Made by a program: the position numbers and the translations under genes. DNA of 28,869 bases from Bacteroidota bacterium (GTDB taxonomy: Bacteria; Bacteroidota; Bacteroidia; Bacteroidales; UBA932): assembly GCA_009778375.1 (NCBI GenBank), contig WRJW01000221.1, positions 1 through 28,869 of the forward strand. Direction: 5' to 3'. The stretch's first letter is position 1. Every line of letters starts with the position of its first letter. Positions 1 through 7,060 of the stretch are shown here, one piece after another. The notes beneath the pieces were generated by a model. The model was given only the letters and a program-made list of their open reading frames with translations. It was not told where the DNA came from and did no database searches.

Positions 1-20
1 GCCGGCAAACGACGCAACCG

Positions 21-208
21 GTGACCCCGGAGGGATTAGCGGGCTGCGCCCGCTGATCCGCAGAAGGTGGGGGGTTCACAGAACAATCCGTGGCGGCTAT
101 ACCGCCGCCCGGTAACAGGCAAGCGCCTGCGCTCGAATAAATTCGGAGCAGGCGCTTGCCTGTTACTTCCGCCTCCGGCGGGGATTGTCCTGTGACCCCG
201 GAGGGATT
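21..208. repeat. 17-bp direct repeat of the tRNA 3' end (21-37 and 192-208) flanking a 154-bp palindrome-rich insert
   Basis: GTGACCCCGGAGGGATT occurs at 21-37 and 192-208, and the flanks of the two copies differ. Confidence 0.9.
112..166. repeat. Perfect 19-bp inverted repeat with a partly paired 17-nt loop
   Basis: GTAACAGGCAAGCGCCTGC (112-130) and GCAGGCGCTTGCCTGTTAC (148-166). No U-tract follows on either strand. Confidence 0.9.
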
Positions 209-266
209 CAAACCCCCGACTTTCAGAACCGGAATCTGACGTTCTATTCAGCTGAACTACGGGGCC
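193..266 (-). tRNA. tRNA-Arg (anticodon CCG), CCA end not encoded
   Basis: The reverse complement folds as a cloverleaf: GGCCCCG/CGGGGTC acceptor stem plus discriminator A, GTTC/GAAC D-stem, TCAGA-TTCCGGT-TCTGA anticodon arm, GGGGG-TTTGAAT-CCCTC T-arm. Confidence 0.95.
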
Positions 267-276
267 GGATGGGGCG

Positions 277-313
277 CAAAGGTATAACAAATTATGGAAA
301 TGTGCTATCTTTG
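277..313. promoter_or_regulatory. Divergent Bacteroidota sigma-A -7 boxes for the tRNA (minus, TACCTTTG 277-284) and fabD (plus, TATCTTTG 306-313)
   Basis: Both match TAnnTTTG and lie just upstream of their genes. No clear -33 box. Confidence 0.7.
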
Positions 314-352
314 TCACCTTGATTTGAATAAATAATTAAATATCAATTTATA

Positions 353-1204
353 ATGATTGCCTACGTTTTCCCCGGGCAGGGGGCCCAGTTCAGCGGAATG
401 GGTAAAGAGTTGTACGACCAAAGCCCGTTGGCTAAAGAACTTTTTACTCAGGCCAATGAGATTTTACAATTCGCGATTACCGACCTCATGTTTGAGGGGA
501 CGGCAGAAGATTTAAAGCAAACTAAGGTGACGCAGCCTGCCATATTTTTGCATTCGGTAATTTTGGCAGCCTGTACGCCCGATTTTGCTCCGGACATGGT
601 GGCCGGACACTCTTTGGGAGAATTTTCGGCCTTGGTAGCGGCACGGGCTTTATCTTTTGATCAGGGGTTACGTTTGGTGACGGCACGGGCTCAAGCTATG
701 CAAAAAGCCTGTGAAGTACAACCCTCTACCATGGCTGCGGTTATGGGGTTGACCGACAAAGAGGTAGAAGAGATTTGCGCTTCTGTTACGGGCGTAGTGG
801 TACCGGCTAATTATAATTGTCCGGGGCAGTTGGTTATTTCCGGCGCCGTGGATGCCGTAGAGCAGGCTTGCGTGGCATTAAAAGCGGCAGGAGCCAAAAG
901 GGCGCTCCCCTTGCCGGTAGGCGGGGCCTTTCACTCGCCCCTTATGGAGCCTGCCCGTCAGGAATTGGCTCTGGCCATTCAACAAGCGACCATCCAAACG
1001 CCCGTCTGCCCCATATACCAAAATGTAGATGCCAAACCCCAAACCGATCCCCACATCATCAAGCAAAACTTATTGATGCAGTTAACTTCGCCGGTACGCT
1101 GGACGCAGACCGTACAGAATATGGCAACAGATGGAGCCGTAGAATTTATTGAGTTAGGCCCCGGAAATGTGTTACAAGGCCTTATCCGCAAAATAATTTT
1201 GTAA
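353..1204 (+). CDS. fabD: Malonyl-CoA:ACP transacylase
   Basis: FPGQGAQ N-terminal motif, GHSLGE catalytic motif, ANYNCPGQLVISG, GAFHSPLM, ELGPG. Confidence 0.97.
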   Translation: MIAYVFPGQGAQFSGMGKELYDQSPLAKELFTQANEILQFAITDLMFEGTAEDLKQTKVTQPAIFLHSVILAACTPDFAPDMVAGHSLGEFSALVAARALSFDQGLRLVTARAQAMQKACEVQPSTMAAVMGLTDKEVEEICASVTGVVVPANYNCPGQLVISGAVDAVEQACVALKAAGAKRALPLPVGGAFHSPLMEPARQELALAIQQATIQTPVCPIYQNVDAKPQTDPHIIKQNLLMQLTSPVRWTQTVQNMATDGAVEFIELGPGNVLQGLIRKIIL

Positions 1205-1206
1205 TC

Positions 1207-2247
1207 ATGCATCGAATTTCCACCCTCCTTTTAATACTCCTTTCCGGATCAATAACCGCCTTTGCTCAGGATACCATACAGGTAGTAGCCGTAGGCGATA
1301 TGATGTTGGGCACGATTTATCCCAATGGCGAACACCTGCCGCCCAACAACGATTGCAGCGCGTCGTTCAGCAGGGTAAAAGGCTATTTTGCACATGCCGA
1401 CGTAGTTTTTGGAAACTTGGAAGGGGCCATGACCGACTCCAAAGAGGGGGCCAAAAGGTGCAACGATCCCTCGGTGTGTTATGTATTTGGCATGCCCACC
1501 AAATTTGTAAGCTGTTTTGTGGAGGCAGGATTTAACCTCCTGAGCGTAGCCAATAACCATAGCGGAGACTTTGGAGAACAGGGGCGTGCTTCTACCGCCA
1601 AAACGCTGCAAAACGCCGGTATCCACTATGCCGGATGGCTGAGTTGCCCTACGGCAGAATTTGTTAAGAATGGTATACGCTACGGCTTTTGCGCCTTTGC
1701 CCCCAATTCGGGTACGGCGGATGTGCGGAATATTCCAGCAGCGCAGGAGATGGTACAGGCCTTAAAGGAGCGTTGCGATATAGTTATGGTCTCTTTCCAT
1801 GCAGGAGCAGAAGGTCGTGATCATCAGCATGTAACACGCAAAACCGAGACGTTTGTGGGCGAAAACCGCGGCAACGTGTACGAGTTTGCCCATAAAATGA
1901 TTGACGCAGGCGCCGACATCCTATTAGGCCATGGTCCCCACGTTACCAGAGCCGTAGAGGTGTACAAAAACCGTTTTATTGCCTATAGTATGGGAAATTT
2001 CAGCACCTACCGCCGCGTGAACGTAGAAGGGGTCAATGGTCTGGCGCCCATCTTCCGCATCTTTACCGCAAAGGACGGGTCCTTTATCAAGGCGCAGATT
2101 ACCCCTACCTTGCAAACCTTGGCCGACCGCACGCCCCGTTACGACCCCGATGCCCGCGTTATTTCTGTAATTCAAAACCTTACCCGTACAGATTTTCCCG
2201 AATTAAACATCCGCATCAGTAACGACGGATGGATCACCATGCCGTAG
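1207..2247 (+). CDS. CapA/PgsA-family metallophosphoesterase, secreted
   Basis: Signal peptide, plus the motifs GDMM, GNLEG, ANNHSGDFG, FHAGAE, GHGPH and YSMGNF. Confidence 0.85.
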   Translation: MHRISTLLLILLSGSITAFAQDTIQVVAVGDMMLGTIYPNGEHLPPNNDCSASFSRVKGYFAHADVVFGNLEGAMTDSKEGAKRCNDPSVCYVFGMPTKFVSCFVEAGFNLLSVANNHSGDFGEQGRASTAKTLQNAGIHYAGWLSCPTAEFVKNGIRYGFCAFAPNSGTADVRNIPAAQEMVQALKERCDIVMVSFHAGAEGRDHQHVTRKTETFVGENRGNVYEFAHKMIDAGADILLGHGPHVTRAVEVYKNRFIAYSMGNFSTYRRVNVEGVNGLAPIFRIFTAKDGSFIKAQITPTLQTLADRTPRYDPDARVISVIQNLTRTDFPELNIRISNDGWITMP

Positions 2248-2270
2248 GAAAACAATAAAGAACACGTTTG

Positions 2271-2300
2271 TTGAAATGTAATTATTTATTCCTATATTTG
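2271..2300 (+). promoter_or_regulatory. Bacteroidota sigma-A promoter: TTG (-33, 2271-2273), 19-nt spacer, TATATTTG (-7, 2293-2300)
   Basis: Consensus elements at consensus spacing, 17 nt before the ATG at 2318. Confidence 0.7.
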
Positions 2301-2317
2301 GGGGATTTTTGAACCGT

Positions 2318-3412
2318 ATGGAAAAAACAGAGTTTATTGTCCGGCAATTCCGGTTGCCGGAGGTGCCCGTGTCCATTGCTCCTTTGGGAGAGGGGTTTAT
2401 TAATGATACCTATATAGTTAATACCCAAAGCGCCCTAAAATACGTACTTCAACGCAAAAACCACCACATTTTTCAAAACATTCCCGGATTGGTCAATAAT
2501 ATATGCAAGGTGACCGATCATATCCGCAATAAGGCAACATCGGCGGGCAGAGACCCCGAACGCAGTACGATCAGGCTCTACCCTGCCCACGACGGAAAAT
2601 TTTATTATGTAGACGATGAAGAGTCGTATTGGGTGTGTATGTATTATATTCCAGATACCCGATGTTTTGACACTGCCTCCACCCCCGCCCTTGCATACGC
2701 AGGAGGGGTGGGCATCGGTTTTTTTCAGGAGCAGTTGGCCGATTTTACCGAGGAGTTGGCCGAAGTGCTCCCCGGTTTTCACGATATTCGTTACCGTTTT
2801 GCCCAATGGGACGCTGCGCTAAAGAGCGATCGGGCGGGGCGTAAAAAAGAGTTGGGGCGCGAAATCGAATGGGTGGACCAACACCGGCAAGAGATGCTTG
2901 ATTTTAAGATGCTGCTCGAAAATAAAACCATTCCGCCCCGAATCAGCCACAACGACACCAAGATTTCCAACATTCTCTTTGACCGAGACGGATCGGTACT
3001 CTGCGCGATTGACTTGGACACTTTAATGAAGAGCTCTGTTTTATACGACTTTGGCGACGCCATCCGTTCTTATACCAATACGGCGGCAGAAGATGAGGCC
3101 AAAACAGAAAAAGTCTCCATGGAACCGACTTTTTTTCGAGAATATACCCGAGGCTACCTCTCCTACGCCCACCGCTTTTTAACAGATCCCGAGGTGCAAT
3201 GGTTGGCCTTTGCCCCCCAATACATCACGTATGAACAGGTGCTTCGCTTTTTGATGGATTATATAGACGGAGATACTTATTATAAAATCCGTTATCCCAC
3301 GCACAATTTAGTACGTACACATGCCCAGTACGCTCTTTTTCAAAGTATGGAGCGGGCTTATCCAACGATGCAGGCAACCGTATCGGAAATTTATTTACCT
3401 TTGCGGCCTTAA
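2318..3412 (+). CDS. Aminoglycoside-phosphotransferase-fold kinase, N-acetylhexosamine 1-kinase-like
   Basis: GEGFINDT P-loop, LQRKNH, catalytic HNDTKISNILF, IDLDT, DFGDAIRS. ATG at 2318 is preferred over TTG at 2309. Confidence 0.75.
   Translation: MEKTEFIVRQFRLPEVPVSIAPLGEGFINDTYIVNTQSALKYVLQRKNHHIFQNIPGLVNNICKVTDHIRNKATSAGRDPERSTIRLYPAHDGKFYYVDDEESYWVCMYYIPDTRCFDTASTPALAYAGGVGIGFFQEQLADFTEELAEVLPGFHDIRYRFAQWDAALKSDRAGRKKELGREIEWVDQHRQEMLDFKMLLENKTIPPRISHNDTKISNILFDRDGSVLCAIDLDTLMKSSVLYDFGDAIRSYTNTAAEDEAKTEKVSMEPTFFREYTRGYLSYAHRFLTDPEVQWLAFAPQYITYEQVLRFLMDYIDGDTYYKIRYPTHNLVRTHAQYALFQSMERAYPTMQATVSEIYLPLRP
3396..3403 (+). promoter_or_regulatory. Putative -7 box (TACCTTTG) for nifJ, embedded in the last codons of the kinase gene
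   Basis: Consensus match 43 nt upstream of ATG 3447. Confidence 0.55.
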
Positions 3413-3446
3413 AGAAAAATCTATTATATCACAAAATATTACCATA

Positions 3447-6400
3447 ATGGCTAAAGAAAAACAATTCATTACCTGCGACGGCAATTACGCCGCTGCCCAC
3501 GTTGCCTACCTGTTTAGTGAGGTGGCGGCAATCTATCCCATCACCCCTTCCTCTACCATGGCAGAATATGTAGACGAATGGGCCGCCTACGGCAAAAAAA
3601 ATCTTTTTGGAGAAACCGTTAAAGTGGTCGAAATGCAAAGCGAAGGCGGAGCCGCCGGAGCCGTTCACGGCTCGTTACAGGCCGGCGCGCTGACCACCAC
3701 CTTTACCGCCTCCCAGGGACTTTTGCTGATGATTCCCAATATGTACAAAATCTCCGGAGAATTGTTGCCGGCCGTGTTCCATGTATCGGCACGCTCGTTA
3801 GCCGCTCAGGCCCTCTCCATTTTTGGCGACCATTCGGACGTAATGGCCACCCGTCAAACAGGCTTTGCCCTCTTAGCTTCCGGCGGGGTTCAGGAAGTAA
3901 TGGACATGGGCGCAGTCGCCCATTTGGCCTCCCTCAAATCGCGGGTGCCTTTTCTCCACTTCTTTGACGGATTCCGCACCTCGCACGAAGTCCAAAAAAT
4001 CGAAATGATCGATTCGGACGCCTTAAAAGCCATGATCAGCGACAAGGCTTTAGCCGCCTTCCGCAACAACGCTCTTAATCCCAACAAACCTTTGGTACGG
4101 GGCACCGCCCAAAATCCGGATGTATACTTTCAGGCCAGAGAAGCAGCCAATCCTTTCTACGACGCCGTTCCCGACATTGTAGCCCGTTATATGGGAGAAA
4201 TCAGCGAATTGGTGGGTCGTTCCTACCTGCCGTTCAACTATTATGGAGACCCAAAGGCCGAACATGTAGTGATTGCCATGGGCTCTGTATGCGATACGAT
4301 TAAAGAAACAGTTGACTACCTCAACCAGCAAGGAGAAAAAACCGGCGTTATTATCGTTCGGCTTTATCGTCCCTTCTCTGCCAAATACTTCCTGCGCGTG
4401 TTGCCCAAGACGGTAAAACGCATCGCCGTATTAGACCGCACCAAAGAACCGGGCGCTTTTGGAGAACCCCTCTATACAGACATAAAGGCCCTCTTTTGCG
4501 ATCAGCCCGACGCCCCTGTCATTGTAGGAGGTCGCTACGGACTTTCGTCCAAAGATACCACCCCCGCTCAAATGATATCGGTTTTTGAAAACCTCAAGTA
4601 CAAAGAGCCTAAAAACGGATTTTCCGTAGGTATTATCGACGACGTCAGTTTTAAATCGCTTCCCCTCAAAGAGGAGATCAGTCTGGCCAAATCCGGTACC
4701 AACGAGAGTAAATTCTACGGTTTGGGATCGGACGGCACCGTAGGCGCCAATAAAAACACCATCAAAATTATAGGGGAAACTACCCCCAAATATTGTCAGG
4801 CCTATTTTCAGTACGACTCCAAAAAGTCGGGCGGTTTTACCTGTTCCCACCTGAGGTTTGGAGATCAGCCCATTCATTCTCCCTATTTAGTAAACACCCC
4901 CGATTTTGTGGCCTGTCACGTGCCTTCCTATCTGCGTAAATACGATGTCCTCAAGGGGATTAAAAAGAATGGCACCTTTCTGTTCAACAGTTTGTGGGAC
5001 GAAGAGGAGACCAAAAAGCGACTTCCCGACTTTATCAAACGTAAACTGGCAGAAAAAAATATCAACTTCTACATCATCAACGCCACCCAAATTGCCGAAG
5101 AATTGGGTTTAGGCAACCGCACCAATACCATTTTGCAATCGGCTTTCTTTAAAATCGCCAACGTGATTCCATACGACGAAGCGGTGGTACAGATGAAAAA
5201 ATTCATCGACAAGAGTTACGGATCCAAAGGCGACGAGGTTCTCCAAATGAACTACGCTGCCGTAGACAGGGGTGCCGATGTCCTCAAAGTGGAAGTTCCC
5301 GCCGAATGGAAAAATTGTTCCGGAAAATTCGAGGCCGACACCCACAACCGTTTGGCTCCTGAGTGGGTAAAACACGTTGCCGATGTAGTCAACGCCCAAA
5401 ACGGAGACGATTTGCCTGTAAGCGTATTTTCGGGTATGGAAGACGGCGCCATGCCCGTCGGCACCTCTGCCTACGAAAAACGCGGTATTGCCGTAAACAT
5501 TCCCGAATGGGTACCCCAAAACTGTATCCAATGCAACCAGTGCTCCTACGTATGCCCTCATGCCGCCATTCGTCCTTACCTGATGACGGCCGAAGAGGCT
5601 GCCAAAGCGCCGGCTTCCATCAAAAAGATACCGGGCAACGGACCCTTTAAAGAGTATTCCTTTACCATGCAAATCAGCCCCTTAGACTGTACCGGTTGCG
5701 GAAATTGCGCCGATGTTTGCCCTTCCAAAAACAAAGCCTTGGTACTGAACACGCTCGAATCGCAACTGCCCGAGCAGGCTCATTTTGATTATCTGCATAA
5801 TTATGTGGGCTACAAAGATTCGGTGCAACCCAAAGAGCAAAACCTCAAGAACAGTCAGTTTGCCCAACCTTTGTTTGAGTTCTCCGGCGCTTGTACCGGA
5901 TGCGGAGAAACGCCTTATATCAAAGTGATTACCCAACTATTCGGAGACCGGATGATGATCTCCAACGCCACCGGATGTACCTCTATTTACAGCGGCTCTT
6001 TCCCCTCGGCCCCCTATTGTACCGATAAATGCGGCAGGGGCCCGGCCTGGGCAAACTCCCTCTTTGAAGACAATGCCGAATATGGATTGGGGATGAGGTT
6101 GGGGGTAGAGCGCGTCCGCGACCGCGTTGCCCTCCTCATGACTCAGGGATTGGAATGCGACTGTTGTTCTGCCGAACTCAAAGCCCTTTTTGCCCAATGG
6201 ATCAGCCAGCGCAACGATGCCTCCGCCACCCGCACATTGGCCGACAAGATGATTCCGATGATTGCCGCGTGCAAATGCGATATCTGTACCGAACTCACGG
6301 TATTAAAAGATTATCTTACTGTTCGTTCCCAATGGATTATTGGAGGAGACGGCTGGGCCTACGATATTGGATACGGAGGATTGGACCATGTATTGGCTTC

Positions 6401-6974
6401 TGGAGAAAACGTAAATGTATTGGTAGTAGACACCGAGGTATACTCCAACACCGGAGGACAATCCTCTAAATCTACCCCCGCAGGGGCTGTGGCCAAATTT
6501 GCCACCTCCGGAAAACGGATTCGTAAAAAAGATTTGGGCATGATGGCCTTAAGCTACGGCTATGTATACGTAGCCCAAGTTGCCATGGGCGCTTCTCAAA
6601 CCCAATTCTTTAACGCCATTAAAGAGGCCGAGGCCTACGACGGGCCTTCGATCATTATTGCCTACGCTCCCTGTATCAACCACGGACTCAAGAACGGCAT
6701 GGGCGCTACCCAAAGAGAAGAAAAATTGGCGGTAGAATGTGGGTACTGGCACCTGTATCGCTACAATCCTCTGTTGGAAGCCCAGGGTAAGAACCCCTTT
6801 ATCCTTGACAGCAAAGAGCCCGACTGGAGTAAGTTTCAGGATTTCCTCAAAGGAGAAGTGCGCTACGCATCGCTCATTCAAAGTTTCCCCGATGCTGCCA
6901 AAGAACTCTTTGCCAAAACTCAGGAGTTTGCTACATGGCGGTACAATACTTATAAGCGTCAGGCAGGAATCTAA
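3447..6974 (+). CDS. nifJ: Pyruvate:ferredoxin (flavodoxin) oxidoreductase, homodimeric type
   Basis: YPITPSS, EMQSEGGAAGA, two 4Fe-4S motifs (CIQCNQCSYVCP, CTGCGNCADVCP), GACTGCGE, TPP motif GDGWAYDIG. The true start is probably ATG 3447 (MAKEKQ), not 3321. Confidence 0.97.
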   Translation: MAKEKQFITCDGNYAAAHVAYLFSEVAAIYPITPSSTMAEYVDEWAAYGKKNLFGETVKVVEMQSEGGAAGAVHGSLQAGALTTTFTASQGLLLMIPNMYKISGELLPAVFHVSARSLAAQALSIFGDHSDVMATRQTGFALLASGGVQEVMDMGAVAHLASLKSRVPFLHFFDGFRTSHEVQKIEMIDSDALKAMISDKALAAFRNNALNPNKPLVRGTAQNPDVYFQAREAANPFYDAVPDIVARYMGEISELVGRSYLPFNYYGDPKAEHVVIAMGSVCDTIKETVDYLNQQGEKTGVIIVRLYRPFSAKYFLRVLPKTVKRIAVLDRTKEPGAFGEPLYTDIKALFCDQPDAPVIVGGRYGLSSKDTTPAQMISVFENLKYKEPKNGFSVGIIDDVSFKSLPLKEEISLAKSGTNESKFYGLGSDGTVGANKNTIKIIGETTPKYCQAYFQYDSKKSGGFTCSHLRFGDQPIHSPYLVNTPDFVACHVPSYLRKYDVLKGIKKNGTFLFNSLWDEEETKKRLPDFIKRKLAEKNINFYIINATQIAEELGLGNRTNTILQSAFFKIANVIPYDEAVVQMKKFIDKSYGSKGDEVLQMNYAAVDRGADVLKVEVPAEWKNCSGKFEADTHNRLAPEWVKHVADVVNAQNGDDLPVSVFSGMEDGAMPVGTSAYEKRGIAVNIPEWVPQNCIQCNQCSYVCPHAAIRPYLMTAEEAAKAPASIKKIPGNGPFKEYSFTMQISPLDCTGCGNCADVCPSKNKALVLNTLESQLPEQAHFDYLHNYVGYKDSVQPKEQNLKNSQFAQPLFEFSGACTGCGETPYIKVITQLFGDRMMISNATGCTSIYSGSFPSAPYCTDKCGRGPAWANSLFEDNAEYGLGMRLGVERVRDRVALLMTQGLECDCCSAELKALFAQWISQRNDASATRTLADKMIPMIAACKCDICTELTVLKDYLTVRSQWIIGGDGWAYDIGYGGLDHVLASGENVNVLVVDTEVYSNTGGQSSKSTPAGAVAKFATSGKRIRKKDLGMMALSYGYVYVAQVAMGASQTQFFNAIKEAEAYDGPSIIIAYAPCINHGLKNGMGATQREEKLAVECGYWHLYRYNPLLEAQGKNPFILDSKEPDWSKFQDFLKGEVRYASLIQSFPDAAKELFAKTQEFATWRYNTYKRQAGI

Positions 6975-6977
6975 AAG

Positions 6978-7008
6978 AAAATGCGCCGGATTTTTCCGGC
7001 GCATTTTT
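6978..7008. terminator. Intrinsic terminator, potentially bidirectional, after nifJ
   Basis: AAAATGCGCCGGA-TTTT-TCCGGCGCATTTT, a 13-bp stem flanked by A and T tracts, 3 nt after the stop codon. Confidence 0.9.
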
Positions 7009-7023
7009 GTTTTAAAAAATGCT

Positions 7024-7031
7024 TATTTTTG
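7024..7031 (+). promoter_or_regulatory. Putative -7 box TATTTTTG for the peptidase-regulator unit
   Basis: Consensus match just after the terminator and 29 nt before ATG 7061. Confidence 0.6.
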
Positions 7032-7060
7032 TAGCGATTGACTACTTATCTTTATTCCTC

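Noticed and set aside
112-166. 19-bp stem as the tRNA's intrinsic terminator
   Set aside because: No U-tract follows on either strand, so it is kept as a repeat feature only.
21-208. CRISPR array or prophage attachment with cargo
   Set aside because: There are only two repeat copies, they derive from the tRNA, and no cas, integrase or phage genes are in the window.
36-317. 93-aa minus-strand ORF
   Set aside because: It runs through the tRNA gene and its palindromic trailer and has no protein-like features.
3417-3434. TCACAA half-site upstream of nifJ as a Rex-type operator
   Set aside because: The matching TTGTGA half-site is missing.
3321-3446. Extended N-terminus of the PFOR ORF
   Set aside because: It overlaps the kinase gene and the putative promoter. 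Homology begins at MAKEKQFITCDGN (3447).
7019-7060. Upstream start for the S9 peptidase
   Set aside because: It overlaps the promoter box, and the signal peptide fits a start at 7061.
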